DNA of 64,000 bases from Synergistota bacterium. Its GTDB lineage: Bacteria > Synergistota > GBS-1. A program made the translations under genes and the position numbers. Shown one piece after another: positions 1-14,088 of this stretch. Position 1 is the first letter of the stretch. Each line of letters opens with the position of its first letter. The notes beneath the pieces were generated by a model. It was given only the letters and a program-made list of their open reading frames with translations, had not been told where the DNA came from and did not search any database. Location of the stretch: assembly GCA_021159885.1 (NCBI GenBank), contig JAGHDO010000057.1, positions 1,418 to 65,417 of the forward strand, in the 5' to 3' direction.

Positions 1-1407
1 TTTTAGAAGAAAGCGTTCATACTCGTCCTTTCTTATGAGTCCCGATTCGTAGCCGTATTGAAGCAGGCGAAAATCCGCGTTATCCTGCCTCAATAGGAGC
101 CTGTATTCTGCTCTTGATGTCAGTATTCTGTAGGGCTCTTCTGTGCCTTTTGTTACGAGGTCATCTATCAAGACGCCTATATAGGCTTCCGCTCTGCTTA
201 AGATAAGCGGTTTTTCTCCCCTTATCTTGCGAACCGCGTTTATTCCCGCTATTAGTCCTTGAGCTGCCGCTTCTTCATAACCTGATGTTCCGTTTATCTG
301 TCCCGCTAAAAACAGCCCTTCTATCTCTTTGGTTTCAAGGGAGGGCTTAAGCTGAGTAGGATAGGCGAAATCATACTCTATGGCGTATCCGGGTCTCATG
401 ATTTCCGCTTTTTCAAGACCTGGCAGGCTTCGAACCATTTTTATCTGGGTATCTATGGGGAGACTCGTTGAGAAGTTTTGGAGATAAAACTCGCAGGTTC
501 TTCTTCCCTCGGGTTCTAAGAAAACCGTGTGAGAGCTTCTATCTGGGAATCTAACGACCCTGTCTTCTATTGAGGGGCAGTATCTCGGTCCTCTTCCCTC
601 TATTACGCCCGTGAAGAGTGGAGACCTGTTAAGCGAGTTTCTTATTATCTCATGCGTTTTCTCGTTGGTCCTCGTCATCCAGCAGAAGTATCCTCTGCAG
701 ATCCTCTTTTGAGATCTGAAGGAAAAAGAAAGCGGTTCATCGGCTGATGGTTGCGGAGTGAGACTTGAGAAATCTATGGTTTTTCCATCTACGCGCGCGC
801 ATGTTCCGGTCTTCAGCCTTCCAAGCTTTATACCTATTTTCTTCAATGACTCCGAGAGTTTCCAAGCTGCTGTTTCTCCAAGGGGACCGCTTTCGAAGTG
901 AACTAAGCCGATGTGGACCAGTCCTCTCAGGTAAACCCCCGTTGCGATTATTACGCACTTTCCCTTAAAGAACCATCCGTTTCTTAATCCCACGCCGACG
1001 ACTTTTCCATCCTTAACGACGATTTCTTCTACCATTCCCTGCTTTAGATCCAGGTTTTTCTGTCTTTCAAGCACTTGCTTCATCCTGAGGTGATATTCTC
1101 TTTTGTCAGCCTGGGCTCTATAAGCCTGAACCGCAGGTCCTTTGCTTTCGTTTAATATCCTTATGTGGATCATCGTTTCATCGATGTTTCTACTCATCTC
1201 TCCTCCAAGGGCATCTATCTCTCTGGCCAAATGTCCTTTTCCAGGACCGCCTATAGATGGATTACACGCCATCAAGGCTATGCTGTCTAAATAAAGGGTC
1301 AGAAGCAGAGTTTGACATCCCATCCTCGCGGATGCCAGTGCAGCCTCACACCCTGCGTGTCCTCCTCCTACAACTATGACATCGTATTCCTTGGGATACT
1401 CAACCAT
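1..1407 (-). CDS. mnmG: tRNA uridine 5-carboxymethylaminomethyl modification enzyme MnmG (GidA), 3'-truncated by window edge
   Basis: Reverse-strand translation from ATG at 1407 gives [37 protein letters not shown]...CNPSIGG. This is the FAD-binding N-terminus and the conserved core typical of MnmG. The ORF runs off the window start. Confidence 0.85.
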   Translation of the reverse strand, partial: MVEYPKEYDVIVVGGGHAGCEAALASARMGCQTLLLTLYLDSIALMACNPSIGGPGKGHLAREIDALGGEMSRNIDETMIHIRILNESKGPAVQAYRAQADKREYHLRMKQVLERQKNLDLKQGMVEEIVVKDGKVVGVGLRNGWFFKGKCVIIATGVYLRGLVHIGLVHFESGPLGETAAWKLSESLKKIGIKLGRLKTGTCARVDGKTIDFSSLTPQPSADEPLSFSFRSQKRICRGYFCWMTRTNEKTHEIIRNSLNRSPLFTGVIEGRGPRYCPSIEDRVVRFPDRSSHTVFLEPEGRRTCEFYLQNFSTSLPIDTQIKMVRSLPGLEKAEIMRPGYAIEYDFAYPTQLKPSLETKEIEGLFLAGQINGTSGYEEAAAQGLIAGINAVRKIRGEKPLILSRAEAYIGVLIDDLVTKGTEEPYRILTSRAEYRLLLRQDNADFRLLQYGYESGLIRKDEYERFLLK

Positions 1408-1450
1408 TTTAGATCACCTTCTTAATTATACTCCGTATCTTGTTATAGTT

Positions 1451-1495
1451 AAAGTCCGGAGGCTTAAGCCTCCGGACTTTCTGCTTTTTTCTCCC
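1451..1495 (+). terminator. Perfect 11-bp-stem hairpin (AGTCCGGAGGC-TTAA-GCCTCCGGACT) followed by a T-rich run on the plus strand
   Basis: Inverted repeat read directly from the sequence, followed by ttctgcttttttctc. It lies between two minus-strand genes, so its role as a plus-oriented terminator is uncertain. Confidence 0.35.
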
Positions 1496-1537
1496 ATTCT
1501 CTTCCATGCCTGAACCCTTTATAGAGGACGGGGATAA

Positions 1538-1924
1538 TTATAAATGGTTGGCTAAGTACCCTACCGTTCCATATCCTTTAGCTATTAGAGGAATTAAGCC
1601 AGCTAATGCTATCGCCCAGGTTACTATAACGTATATACCTGTTACAATGATATATTTTGATCTTTCTTTGGTATCTATTCCTTTACCAGCGCCTATTTTC
1701 TCCACCCAGAAGTCAACGACCCTTTTTGCCCCGCCGTAGACTAAGGTAACGCCCGTTGAGATAACCGCGAGCAATATGAGGAAGGCTACTATATATGTTG
1801 GAAGATTTCCAGGTAGCCCGGATATACAATGGCGTTCCATAGCCCCCTCCAAAAACCTCCTGGCGGGTGAGCTGTCTGGATTACCCTTGAAAGTTGGGGA
1901 AGTTCTTATAAATTGCGGATCCAT
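1538..1924 (-). CDS. Hypothetical small membrane protein with two predicted transmembrane helices
   Basis: The 128-aa ORF has two long hydrophobic segments (TYIVAFLILLAVISTGVTLVYGG and YIIVTGIYVIVTWAIALAGLIPLIAKGY). There is no obvious RBS and no recognisable family. Confidence 0.3.
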   Translation of the reverse strand: MDPQFIRTSPTFKGNPDSSPARRFLEGAMERHCISGLPGNLPTYIVAFLILLAVISTGVTLVYGGAKRVVDFWVEKIGAGKGIDTKERSKYIIVTGIYVIVTWAIALAGLIPLIAKGYGTVGYLANHL

Positions 1925-2079
1925 ATATGGCGAGCATTCCTATTATAAACTTGTAAACTATTACAGATGCGAGAGATGAAGAAGCCCTTACCGTATCTGC
2001 TCCGAAAATAACGATGAGGAATATAACTATAGCTACAAGAATCGTTGAGGGGACATATGGTATCCCCCAGACCTTCCAA

Positions 2080-3495
2080 TTATATTATCTTGCCCGGGTT
2101 GAGGACCATGTTGGGATCGAAAAGCTTCTTTATTCCCCTCATAAGGTCTATCTCTTTTGGGGTTCTTGTATTGAGGTGCGCATTTTTCTTAAGAAAGCCA
2201 ACGCCATGCTCTCCGCTTCCAACCCCTCCCAGTTTTACCGCTTCCGCTATGATCTCTTCAAATATCTTTTCGGACAGCTCAGCCCACTCTTCGAGAGAAA
2301 CGCCTTCTGGCTTAAACAGTGCTGGATGAAGGTTCCCATCGGCTATATGTGCGGCGGTTGCTACTTCCACGTTGTATTTTTTAGCTATCTCATTTAGCTT
2401 TTTCATCATCTTGGGAATCTCAGATGACGGAACCACCATATCTCCGCTAAGTGAGACATATGGGTCTTTCGCTCTTAAGGCTTCGGTATATTCTCTTCTT
2501 ATCCTCCATATACTTTCAGATGTTATTGGGTTATCCGCAACGAAGACTTCAAGCGCGCCGCTCTCCAAACATGCGTCTCCTGCTCTTTCATAGATATCTT
2601 CAAGCTCTCTCTGAGAGCTTGCCTCAAGCTGAACTATAAGATAGGCTCCAGCTTTTTCCTGTAAAGGAAGAGATGTATTGAGATACCAGGTAGTTATATC
2701 CACAGAAATCTTATCCATTAGCTCTACCGCTACGGGAAGCGTTTTTGCAGCAACCACTATGTTGGCAACTGCATCAATAGCTCTCTCTACGCTGTCAAAG
2801 GGTACCAGGAGATCCGCTACCTTTCCAGGGGATGGCATTAGATTTAGGATTATCTTTGTAAAGATTCCCAGGGTTCCCTCGGAGCCTATAAGAAGATCTA
2901 AGAGATCATAGCCCCATGTTTCTTTTCTTCTCTTTCCTCCGAGCTGGATTATCTCTCCCGTTGGAAGAACGACCTCGACTCCAAGTACGTGCTTTCGCGT
3001 GCTTCCATATTTTACAACTTTACTTCCTCCAGCGTTTGTAGCAACGTTTCCTCCAATAAAGCTCGTTGCTACGCTCATAGGATATCCTGCATAGTAAAGC
3101 CCCTCTTCTGCTACCTTTTTGCAAAGGTCGTTGGTTACGACTCCTGGTTCAACCACTGCCACGCGGTTTACCTTGTCAATTTCAAGTATTCTGTTCATCT
3201 TCTCCATTGACATCAATATGCCTCCATGTAGAGGTATAGCCGCTCCTGCGACTCCGCTCCCTGCGCCTCGAGGGGTGACGGGTATGAGGTATTCATTCGC
3301 CAGCTTCATTATTTTTGAAACTTCTTCTGCACTTTCCGGCTTAACAACGACATCTGGCATCCTGCAGAAAGGCTTTCCAGATTCATCGCAAGCGTAGCTT
3401 TCGAGCCTTTCCTTGTCTTCATAAATTACATCGTTTTCTCCACATATCTCTCTCAGCTTCTCGACGATTTCCTTAGTTATCTTTCCATATTTCAA
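2080..3495 (-). CDS. FAD-binding oxidoreductase of the GlcD / D-lactate dehydrogenase family; likely the dehydrogenase subunit of an EtfAB-coupled lactate dehydrogenase
   Basis: The 471-aa ORF has an FAD_binding_4-type N-terminus (RGAGSGVAGAAIP) and an FAD-oxidase C-domain. It lies immediately downstream of etfB and etfA and overlaps etfA by 4 nt. Confidence 0.8.
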   Translation of the reverse strand: MKYGKITKEIVEKLREICGENDVIYEDKERLESYACDESGKPFCRMPDVVVKPESAEEVSKIMKLANEYLIPVTPRGAGSGVAGAAIPLHGGILMSMEKMNRILEIDKVNRVAVVEPGVVTNDLCKKVAEEGLYYAGYPMSVATSFIGGNVATNAGGSKVVKYGSTRKHVLGVEVVLPTGEIIQLGGKRRKETWGYDLLDLLIGSEGTLGIFTKIILNLMPSPGKVADLLVPFDSVERAIDAVANIVVAAKTLPVAVELMDKISVDITTWYLNTSLPLQEKAGAYLIVQLEASSQRELEDIYERAGDACLESGALEVFVADNPITSESIWRIRREYTEALRAKDPYVSLSGDMVVPSSEIPKMMKKLNEIAKKYNVEVATAAHIADGNLHPALFKPEGVSLEEWAELSEKIFEEIIAEAVKLGGVGSGEHGVGFLKKNAHLNTRTPKEIDLMRGIKKLFDPNMVLNPGKII

Positions 3496-4496
3496 GATCT
3501 TCCACCCCTTTCCTTTTCGAGCTTTTCGATGAGAAGGGGGACTATATCAAACAGATCTCCAACGATTCCGAAATCTGCAACCTTGAATATGTTTGCTTCG
3601 GGATCGGTATTTATGGCGACGATGGTTTCAGAGGATGACATTCCGGCAAGATGCTGAACTGCTCCTGAGATTCCCAAAGCCATGTAGAGCCTGGGGCTTA
3701 CTGTTTTCCCACTTAAACCTACTTGGTGTGAGTAGGGTATCCATCCATTGTCGACCGCGGTTCTTGAAGCTCCTACCGCTCCGTTTAGAAGCTCTGCGAG
3801 CTTGAACAGAAGCGAGAAATTCTTTTCATCTTTTAAGCCCTTCCCGCCTGATATAACTATATCAGCGTCTTGGATGGGAATCTCCGCACTCTCGTCCGGT
3901 ATAAATGATATTCTTCTTACCCTCGAGGCAAAGTAGCTATCGGGGAAGCTTCTTTCTGTTAGCTTGCCCTTCCTGCTTTCATCTCTTGGGAGGGGTCTTT
4001 TAGATTTGGGTCTGACGGTTGCCATCTGCGGTTTGTGATCAGGAGTCTTTATGGTTGCCATTACATTTCCACCTATGGCTGGTCTGGTCTGTAGGAGAAG
4101 CCCAGTTTCCTCTTCTATATCAAGACCAGTGCAGTCAGCAGTTAAGCCAGTTGAGAGCGTTGCGGCTAAAACTGGCATTACTGTTCTTCCTATTGTGGTA
4201 GCTGAGGCTATAAAGATCTCGGGTTCATATTCTCTAACGAGCGAGCTGAGTATCTTCACAAAGGGGTCGACTTCAAGATGCTCAAGGCGTGGGTCATCAA
4301 CGAGGATCACATGATCTGCACCTCTGTATATTAGCTCTTTAATCTGATCCTTGAGATTTTTACCCAATATTACGCAGGTGAGCTCCCCATTTAGCTTATC
4401 GGCTAAGGATCTTCCCCATGCGAGGAGCTCATACGATACCGTGTGAATCTTACCATCTCTATACTCTCCGAGAGTCCATACGCTTTTCTCTTTCAT
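3492..4496 (-). CDS. etfA: Electron transfer flavoprotein alpha subunit
   Basis: The 334-aa ORF has the conserved EtfA C-terminal FAD-binding region (SGAVQHLAGM, AINTDPEANIFKVADFGIVGD). Confidence 0.9.
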   Translation of the reverse strand: MKEKSVWTLGEYRDGKIHTVSYELLAWGRSLADKLNGELTCVILGKNLKDQIKELIYRGADHVILVDDPRLEHLEVDPFVKILSSLVREYEPEIFIASATTIGRTVMPVLAATLSTGLTADCTGLDIEEETGLLLQTRPAIGGNVMATIKTPDHKPQMATVRPKSKRPLPRDESRKGKLTERSFPDSYFASRVRRISFIPDESAEIPIQDADIVISGGKGLKDEKNFSLLFKLAELLNGAVGASRTAVDNGWIPYSHQVGLSGKTVSPRLYMALGISGAVQHLAGMSSSETIVAINTDPEANIFKVADFGIVGDLFDIVPLLIEKLEKERGGRS

Positions 4497-4510
4497 TGAG
4501 GAATCCCTCC

Positions 4511-5335
4511 CTAAATGATATCTCTTTTTCTGAGAAAGTCTAAAAGCCGTTCTACAGCCTTTTCTGGGTCGTCTGCGTAGATGATTTCTCCCTCTCGTGC
4601 TATCTTGGGATAGAATATCTTAACGACCCTTGTAGGAGAACCATTTAAACCTATTTTGCTCTCGTCAACTTCGATGTCATCCGCTTTAAGTACGGGTATT
4701 TCCAGTCTTCGAGCCCTTTTCTTTCCGCTCAGGGTGGGGAGCCTCGGCTCATTTATTTCTTTCACAACGCTTAGAACTACCGGTAGGGGGGATTCCACTA
4801 TTTCGTGTCCTCCCTCTATTGCTCTGTGAGCTATCAGTTTCCCATCTTCTATCTTTTCTATCTTGCTTACATAGGTTATTATGGGAAGGTCAAGTTGAGC
4901 TGCAACGCTGGGCCCAACTTGCCCGGTTTCCCCATCCGTTGCGCGTTCCCCGCAGAAGATGAGGTTAAAACCACCAAGCTTTCTAATTGCTGAGGAGAGA
5001 GCGTAAGCCGTAGCTAAGGTGTCAGCTCCAGCGAATTTAACGTCGGAGAGGAGGTATCCCTTGTCGCATCCCATAGATATCGCTTCTTTAACGGTTTCGA
5101 TAGCCATCATAGGTCCCATGGATAAAACCGTTATCTCGGCGTTGGGGAAGAATCTCTCTTTCGTTCTTAAAGCTTCCTCAACTGCGTATAGATCGAGGGG
5201 GTTGATTACCCCTTCCGTTTCTGTTCTCAGCATCGTTCCCGTTTTTTCGTCGATTTTAACCTTATCGGTAGCGGGAACCTGCTTTATCAATACGCCTATT
5301 CGCAATATTTGTTTCCCTCCCTTCCTCTTTATCAT
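4511..5335 (-). CDS. etfB: Electron transfer flavoprotein beta subunit
   Basis: The 274-aa ORF has an EtfB-like N-terminus (KQVPATDKVKID...NPLDLYAVEEALR) and sits adjacent to etfA. Confidence 0.9.
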   Translation of the reverse strand: MIKRKGGKQILRIGVLIKQVPATDKVKIDEKTGTMLRTETEGVINPLDLYAVEEALRTKERFFPNAEITVLSMGPMMAIETVKEAISMGCDKGYLLSDVKFAGADTLATAYALSSAIRKLGGFNLIFCGERATDGETGQVGPSVAAQLDLPIITYVSKIEKIEDGKLIAHRAIEGGHEIVESPLPVVLSVVKEINEPRLPTLSGKKRARRLEIPVLKADDIEVDESKIGLNGSPTRVVKIFYPKIAREGEIIYADDPEKAVERLLDFLRKRDII

Positions 5336-5401
5336 GATATTAGCTTAATTAGCTTAAAGTGTAATTGATATTGAAGAATTAGTCAACATCTTTAAAAAAA
5401 A

Positions 5402-5435
5402 CTCCCGGGGGTAGCTCCGGAGCTACCCCCGGGAG
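5402..5435 (-). terminator. Rho-independent terminator downstream of the SSS transporter gene
   Basis: A perfect GC-rich palindrome (ctcccgggggtagctcc/ggagctacccccgggag) is preceded on the plus strand by aaaaaaaa. This reads as a U-tract after the hairpin on the minus strand. Confidence 0.7.
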
Positions 5436-5455
5436 GAAGCTTCTCTATTAGATGA

Positions 5456-6919
5456 TTAAACCTTAACCGATTCAAGTCCCTCCTTAAAGGGTTTGAAGTT
5501 TTCGTCTTCTTTCATTACGGAAGCTACTGCGAAAGTTACCACGAGATTTACCGCCAGTCCCCATAGACCAAAGTGTATACCATAAAGATTTCCAGGACCG
5601 AAGAACTTTAGATATGTAATGGTTATAAGTCCTGCTATTATTCCCGCTCCGACCGCAACTTTATTGAATTTCTTGAAGAAGAGTCCGAGGAACGCTCCTG
5701 GGAACATTTGGGTTATACCCGAGTAGGCAAGAAGTAGAAGCGCAACGAGCCTTCCTCCCGCGTAAAGGGCGAGGAACATTGCCGTGAGTCCAAAAATAAG
5801 CACCGATATTCTGCTTGCCATGACGAGCTCCTTATCAGAGGCGTTTTCCTTAAGCATTCCGTATAGATTTTTGGATAAAAGCCCTGCCAGAGTCAGTATT
5901 ATAGCGCTTGCGGTTGAGGCCGCTGCTGCAAAGCCCGCTGCTCCAACTATCCCAAGGACCCAGTCTGGATATGCGAGCTTTACCGCTTCAAGAACCGCAG
6001 CGTCGGCTCTTGAAAGCTTTATTCCCGCGGTGACGACGGATATACCGGCAAGGAAGACCGGTATCATGAAGAGAGAGAATAAGGGTAGGAAAATATAGGT
6101 TCTCTTTAACGCTCTTATATCCTTTGAGCTATAGATGGAGGGCCACATCTGCGGATACATGAAGAAGCCCAGACCACAAAGCACCATGGTGGAAACATAC
6201 CAGTTGATTCCCATCTTACCCGATAGGATGAGGTGAGAGGGCTTCACCTCGGCGAGCTTTTTCATCATCTCTCCAACTCCACCGAACTTTATGAAGGGTA
6301 TCGAGAATAAAATTACCCACGCTATTACGAACATCATAATCGACTGCATAAGGTTCGTCCAAGCTATTCCTCTCAATCCGCTCGTGTAGACGTAGACGAG
6401 CATTATAAGCATTCCGACGACTATTCCGGTATTAACCGATATTGAGCCAAGCGATGTCACATTGAGTATATAGCCGAGCCCCTGAAGCTGAAGCTGAAGG
6501 TACGGTACATTAAAAACTATACCTATGAGAGCTACCAGTACCGCAAGAAACTTACTGTCATATCTCTTTCTGAATAGATCTGCTTGTGTGACGAAGCCGA
6601 ATTTCTTCCCAGCTCTCCATACATATTCGGCGAAGAAGTAACCGAAGGCGTAAGCCATGGTTCCATAGCCAAGTGCATACATTATGGGCATTCCGAAGGA
6701 GTATCCCCATCCTCCGACGCCTAAGAAAGCATAAGCGCTGTATATCTCTCCTGCTAATAAGACGTATAGAAATATGAAGCTTAAGGATCTTCCGGAAACG
6801 AGGTATCCATCGAGCGTAAACTTTCTCTTAACACCCGCTAATACTCCTACGACGAGCGTTAGGATTATCCACGAGAATATGATGATTAAGGATATAGTTG
6901 CGTGGGACATCATGACCAC
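5456..6919 (-). CDS. Sodium:solute symporter (SSS family) permease
   Basis: The 487-aa polytopic membrane protein is SSS-like. It is paired with an upstream DUF3311-type small membrane protein, a classical SSS partner arrangement. Confidence 0.8.
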   Translation of the reverse strand: MVMMSHATISLIIIFSWIILTLVVGVLAGVKRKFTLDGYLVSGRSLSFIFLYVLLAGEIYSAYAFLGVGGWGYSFGMPIMYALGYGTMAYAFGYFFAEYVWRAGKKFGFVTQADLFRKRYDSKFLAVLVALIGIVFNVPYLQLQLQGLGYILNVTSLGSISVNTGIVVGMLIMLVYVYTSGLRGIAWTNLMQSIMMFVIAWVILFSIPFIKFGGVGEMMKKLAEVKPSHLILSGKMGINWYVSTMVLCGLGFFMYPQMWPSIYSSKDIRALKRTYIFLPLFSLFMIPVFLAGISVVTAGIKLSRADAAVLEAVKLAYPDWVLGIVGAAGFAAAASTASAIILTLAGLLSKNLYGMLKENASDKELVMASRISVLIFGLTAMFLALYAGGRLVALLLLAYSGITQMFPGAFLGLFFKKFNKVAVGAGIIAGLITITYLKFFGPGNLYGIHFGLWGLAVNLVVTFAVASVMKEDENFKPFKEGLESVKV

Positions 6920-7122
6920 CCCTTCTTCTCGATGTTATAGGCTATAAGCAGACAGATCGGCGTTAAGATTATCCATAGAGTGTCCCAAAACATCAGTGGT
7001 GGCATTCCTAATATAAGAGGACTTTTGGTTTTAACATCGAAGAAGTTGAAGAAGGGGGATATAACTGCGTAGGCTACCCAAGGTATTACAAATCCAAAGA
7101 AGACCGCTATTCCTTTTCCCAT
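6910..7122 (-). CDS. DUF3311-type small membrane protein (SSS transporter accessory subunit)
   Basis: The 70-aa protein has two transmembrane helices and overlaps the SSS gene start by 13 nt. This matches the conserved pairing seen with ActP/YjcH-type systems. Confidence 0.6.
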   Translation of the reverse strand: MGKGIAVFFGFVIPWVAYAVISPFFNFFDVKTKSPLILGMPPLMFWDTLWIILTPICLLIAYNIEKKGWS

Positions 7123-7215
7123 ACCACGTTCCCCCCTTACCTATGATATATTGAACCTGATATATAGAACCGTAAATTAAGTTTACACCAATTCTCCTAC
7201 TCAAGTCAAGGATGA

Positions 7216-10887
<3,672 letters not shown>

Positions 10888-10890
10888 AAA

Positions 10891-10930
10891 AGCGAGGGGG
10901 ATCCTTCACTGATCCCCCTCGCTTTTTATC
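10891..10930. terminator. Bidirectional terminator between the convergent buk and gcvPB genes
   Basis: A hairpin aagcgagggggatc-cttcact-gatccccctcgctt is flanked by A-runs upstream and T-runs downstream. It overlaps the last codons of gcvPB. Confidence 0.65.
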
Positions 10931-12366
10931 CATCTTAAAACGGGATTCCGCGCTGCCTTTACCTCATCGAGTCTCCTTACGGGCGTTTTGTGTGGGGCTT
11001 CCTTGAGAAGAGATGGGTTTTCCTCAGCCTCCTTTGCTATTTGGAGCATTGCGCTTATAAACTCATCAAGGGTTTCCTTGGTTTCGGTTTCAGTGGGCTC
11101 GATCATTATGGCTTCTTCTACTATAAGTGGGAAGTATACAGTAGGTGGATGAAAGCCGTAATCAAGAAGTCTCTTTGCTATATCTATAGTTTTAACCCCG
11201 AATTTTTTGAATCTCTTTCCAGATAAGACCCCCTCGTGCATTGGCTGTTTATCATAGGGGAGCTCAAAAGCTCCTTTTAATCTGCTTATAACGTAGTTGG
11301 CGTTAAGTACTGCCTTTTCGGATGCTTCTTTGAGCCCTTTGCTCCCCATCATTCTTATATAAACATAAGCTTTCAACATAACGGAGAAATTTCCATAGAA
11401 TGCCTTGATTTTCCCTATGGATAGAGGTCTGTCATAGTCAAGACGATAGCGACCATTTTCTTCTACTATAACTGGAATGGGTAAGAAGGGCTCTAGCTCC
11501 TTTTTTACCGCCACTGGACCAGAACCAGGACCGCCCCCTCCATGTGGAGTACTGAAGGTTTTATGGAGATTAAAATGTAGAACGTCGAATCCCATATCCC
11601 CGGGTCGGGATATCCCCATGAGCGCGTTAAGGTTCGCTCCGTCCCCGTAAAGTAGAGCTCCGACGGAGTGGGTTAACTCTGCTATCTGAGCAATCTTCTC
11701 CTCAAATATCCCGAGCGTGTTGGGATTTGTGATCATGACTGCCGCTGTGCTTTCATCAAGGTGCTTTTTTAAGGTTTCTATGTCTATGCAGCCATCTTCC
11801 CCTGACTTTATCTCTATAGCCTTGAATCCTGCTAAGGTGCATGAGGCGGGATTCGTTCCATGTGCTGAATCTGGTATTATCACCTTGGTTCGCTTTTCAC
11901 CTCTGTGTCTGTGGTACGCTCCTATCATAAGAAGGCCGGTTAATTCTCCGTGAGCTCCAGCGGAGGGCTGAAGTGTAATGGCATCGAATCCTCCTATTTC
12001 GCACAGATACTTGCCGAGCTCGTACATGATTTTTAAAGCTCCTTGAACAAGCTCTTCTGGTTCGTATGGATGTAGGTTTTTAAAACCATCTAAGGAAGCG
12101 AGCTTTTCGCATATTCTCGGATTGTATTTCATCGTACAAGAACCCAGTGGATAGAAGTTCGTATCAACACAGAAGTTAAGCTGGGAGAGCTTAGTATAGT
12201 GTCTTATGATCTCGATTTCGCTAACCTCGGGTAGCTTAGGATCGTTCTCTCTTAGGAGGTCTTCTTCTAAAAGCTCTTTGAGACTGATTTTCTCGAGCTC
12301 ATCCCTTGGAATGGATGAGCCAGTCCTTCCCCTTTTTCCAAGCTCAAATATAAGTTTCTCAACCAT
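10906..12366 (-). CDS. gcvPB: Glycine dehydrogenase (decarboxylating) subunit 2
   Basis: The 486-aa ORF has a PLP-dependent GcvP C-terminal-half signature ([16 protein letters not shown]). Confidence 0.92.
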   Translation of the reverse strand: MVEKLIFELGKRGRTGSSIPRDELEKISLKELLEEDLLRENDPKLPEVSEIEIIRHYTKLSQLNFCVDTNFYPLGSCTMKYNPRICEKLASLDGFKNLHPYEPEELVQGALKIMYELGKYLCEIGGFDAITLQPSAGAHGELTGLLMIGAYHRHRGEKRTKVIIPDSAHGTNPASCTLAGFKAIEIKSGEDGCIDIETLKKHLDESTAAVMITNPNTLGIFEEKIAQIAELTHSVGALLYGDGANLNALMGISRPGDMGFDVLHFNLHKTFSTPHGGGGPGSGPVAVKKELEPFLPIPVIVEENGRYRLDYDRPLSIGKIKAFYGNFSVMLKAYVYIRMMGSKGLKEASEKAVLNANYVISRLKGAFELPYDKQPMHEGVLSGKRFKKFGVKTIDIAKRLLDYGFHPPTVYFPLIVEEAIMIEPTETETKETLDEFISAMLQIAKEAEENPSLLKEAPHKTPVRRLDEVKAARNPVLRWIKSEGDQ

Positions 12367-13702
12367 CTTTCATTCCCTCCAGAAAGCTCGCAAAGCGAGA
12401 CAGATCGTTAAGTGAGTGCATCTCCGTAACGGTTATGAGAAGAGCATCTTTAAGCTCTGCGTAGAACTTTCCAAGTGACAAGCCCGCTATAAATCCCTCA
12501 TTGAGTCCTCTTTCAATAACCTTTTCTGGGTTTTTAATCCTAATAGCAAACTCGTTGAAGAAAGGAGAGGGGAATAGGAGCTCGAAGCCTCTTTTTGCGA
12601 TTTCCTTCGCAAGAAAGTGAGTCTTTTTCAGATTTATTTCTGATACTTTTTTGAAGCCCCTTTTACCAAGGGAGGCTAAATATATGGTAGCGGCTATGGC
12701 ACACATATTGTGATTTGTACAGATATTTGATGTAGCTTTCGCTCTTCTTATGTGCTGCTCACGCGTTGCGAGAGTGAGCACGAATCCTCTCTTACCCTCT
12801 CTGTCTATCGTTTCGCCTACTATTCTACCTGGCATGTTCCTCAGATACTTCATTCTGCTCGTGAATATGCCAAGATAGGGACCGCCGAAGCTTAGGTGCA
12901 TTCCGAGTGAGCCTCCCTCCCCAACCGCTATATCGGCTCCATAGCTTCCTGGTGGTGCTATTACTCCGAGCGAAAGGGGTTCAGCTACGCAGGCTATAAG
13001 TAGAGCTCCGTCCTTTTTCAGGTTTTTAAAGGCATTTATATCCTCTATGACTCCGAAAAAGTTGGGGGTTTGGATCGCAATTGCTCCAAATTCACTAAGG
13101 TTTTTGCTTTCAAGCTCGTTTAAGTTTGTTCTCCCCTTTTGATCAAAGCTTAGTTCTTCTACTCCAAATCCGGCGCTTTCCATATATGCGCGGACGACCT
13201 TTCTGTACTCAGGATGTATGGCGGATGATAAAAGCACCTTGTCCCTTTTCGTTATTCTAAGAGCCATAAGACATGCTTCGGCTAATGCTGTTGCTCCATC
13301 GTATACGGATGCGTTGGATACCTCCATCTGGAAGAGCTCACACATCATTGTTTGGTATTCGAATAACATGGTTAAGGTTCCCTGACTCGCTTCTGGTTGA
13401 TAAGGGGTATATGGGGAGAATATCTCTCCTCGTGATAGCAGGGCCTCAACGGTGGCAGGTATCCAGTGGTCGTAGCTTCCACCGCCGAGAAAGGATACGT
13501 AGTCCCGAACGGTGCGGTTTAGCGAAGCTATCTTAATAAGCTCTTTTTCTATCTCCAGTTCCGATAGAGGAGGGGGGAGAAGCAAGTCTCTCCTGAGTTT
13601 AATCTCATCTGGGATATGCGAGAAAAGCTCCTCTTTTCTCTTGATTCCCAGGTGCTTGAGAATCTCCCTTTCATCTTCGGAAGTATGAGGGATAAAAGGC
13701 AT
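12359..13702 (-). CDS. gcvPA: Glycine dehydrogenase (decarboxylating) subunit 1
   Basis: The 447-aa ORF is a GcvP N-terminal-half homolog and overlaps gcvPB by 8 nt. Confidence 0.9.
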   Translation of the reverse strand: MPFIPHTSEDEREILKHLGIKRKEELFSHIPDEIKLRRDLLLPPPLSELEIEKELIKIASLNRTVRDYVSFLGGGSYDHWIPATVEALLSRGEIFSPYTPYQPEASQGTLTMLFEYQTMMCELFQMEVSNASVYDGATALAEACLMALRITKRDKVLLSSAIHPEYRKVVRAYMESAGFGVEELSFDQKGRTNLNELESKNLSEFGAIAIQTPNFFGVIEDINAFKNLKKDGALLIACVAEPLSLGVIAPPGSYGADIAVGEGGSLGMHLSFGGPYLGIFTSRMKYLRNMPGRIVGETIDREGKRGFVLTLATREQHIRRAKATSNICTNHNMCAIAATIYLASLGKRGFKKVSEINLKKTHFLAKEIAKRGFELLFPSPFFNEFAIRIKNPEKVIERGLNEGFIAGLSLGKFYAELKDALLITVTEMHSLNDLSRFASFLEGMKDG

Positions 13703-13707
13703 GGTTG

Positions 13708-14088
13708 CTATTCCTCCTTGGTGAGCTTCTCATACTCTTCCGCGGAGAGAAGCTCATCGAGCTCTCTCGGATCCCGGAGCTCTATCCTGAATATCCACCC
13801 CTTTCCGTATGGATCTTCGTTTATCAGGCTTGGAGAGTCGTTAAGCTCCTCGTTTACCTCGGTTATCCTCCCGCTAACGGGAGTGTATATATCGGAGGCT
13901 GCCTTAACGGATTCAACAACAGCGACGGCTTCCATCTTGTTGACCTCTTTGCCCGTCTCGGGTAGTTCGACGAAGACTATATCGCCGAGCTGTTCCTGCG
14001 CGTACGAGGTTATTCCAACGGTTCCTATGTTCCCTTCCACCCTTATCCACTCGTGTTCGCTTGAGTATTTAAGCTCTTTTGGAATCAT
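13708..14088 (-). CDS. gcvH: Glycine cleavage system H protein
   Basis: The 126-aa ORF carries the lipoyl-lysine motif region ([16 protein letters not shown]). Confidence 0.92.
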   Translation of the reverse strand: MIPKELKYSSEHEWIRVEGNIGTVGITSYAQEQLGDIVFVELPETGKEVNKMEAVAVVESVKAASDIYTPVSGRITEVNEELNDSPSLINEDPYGKGWIFRIELRDPRELDELLSAEEYEKLTKEE

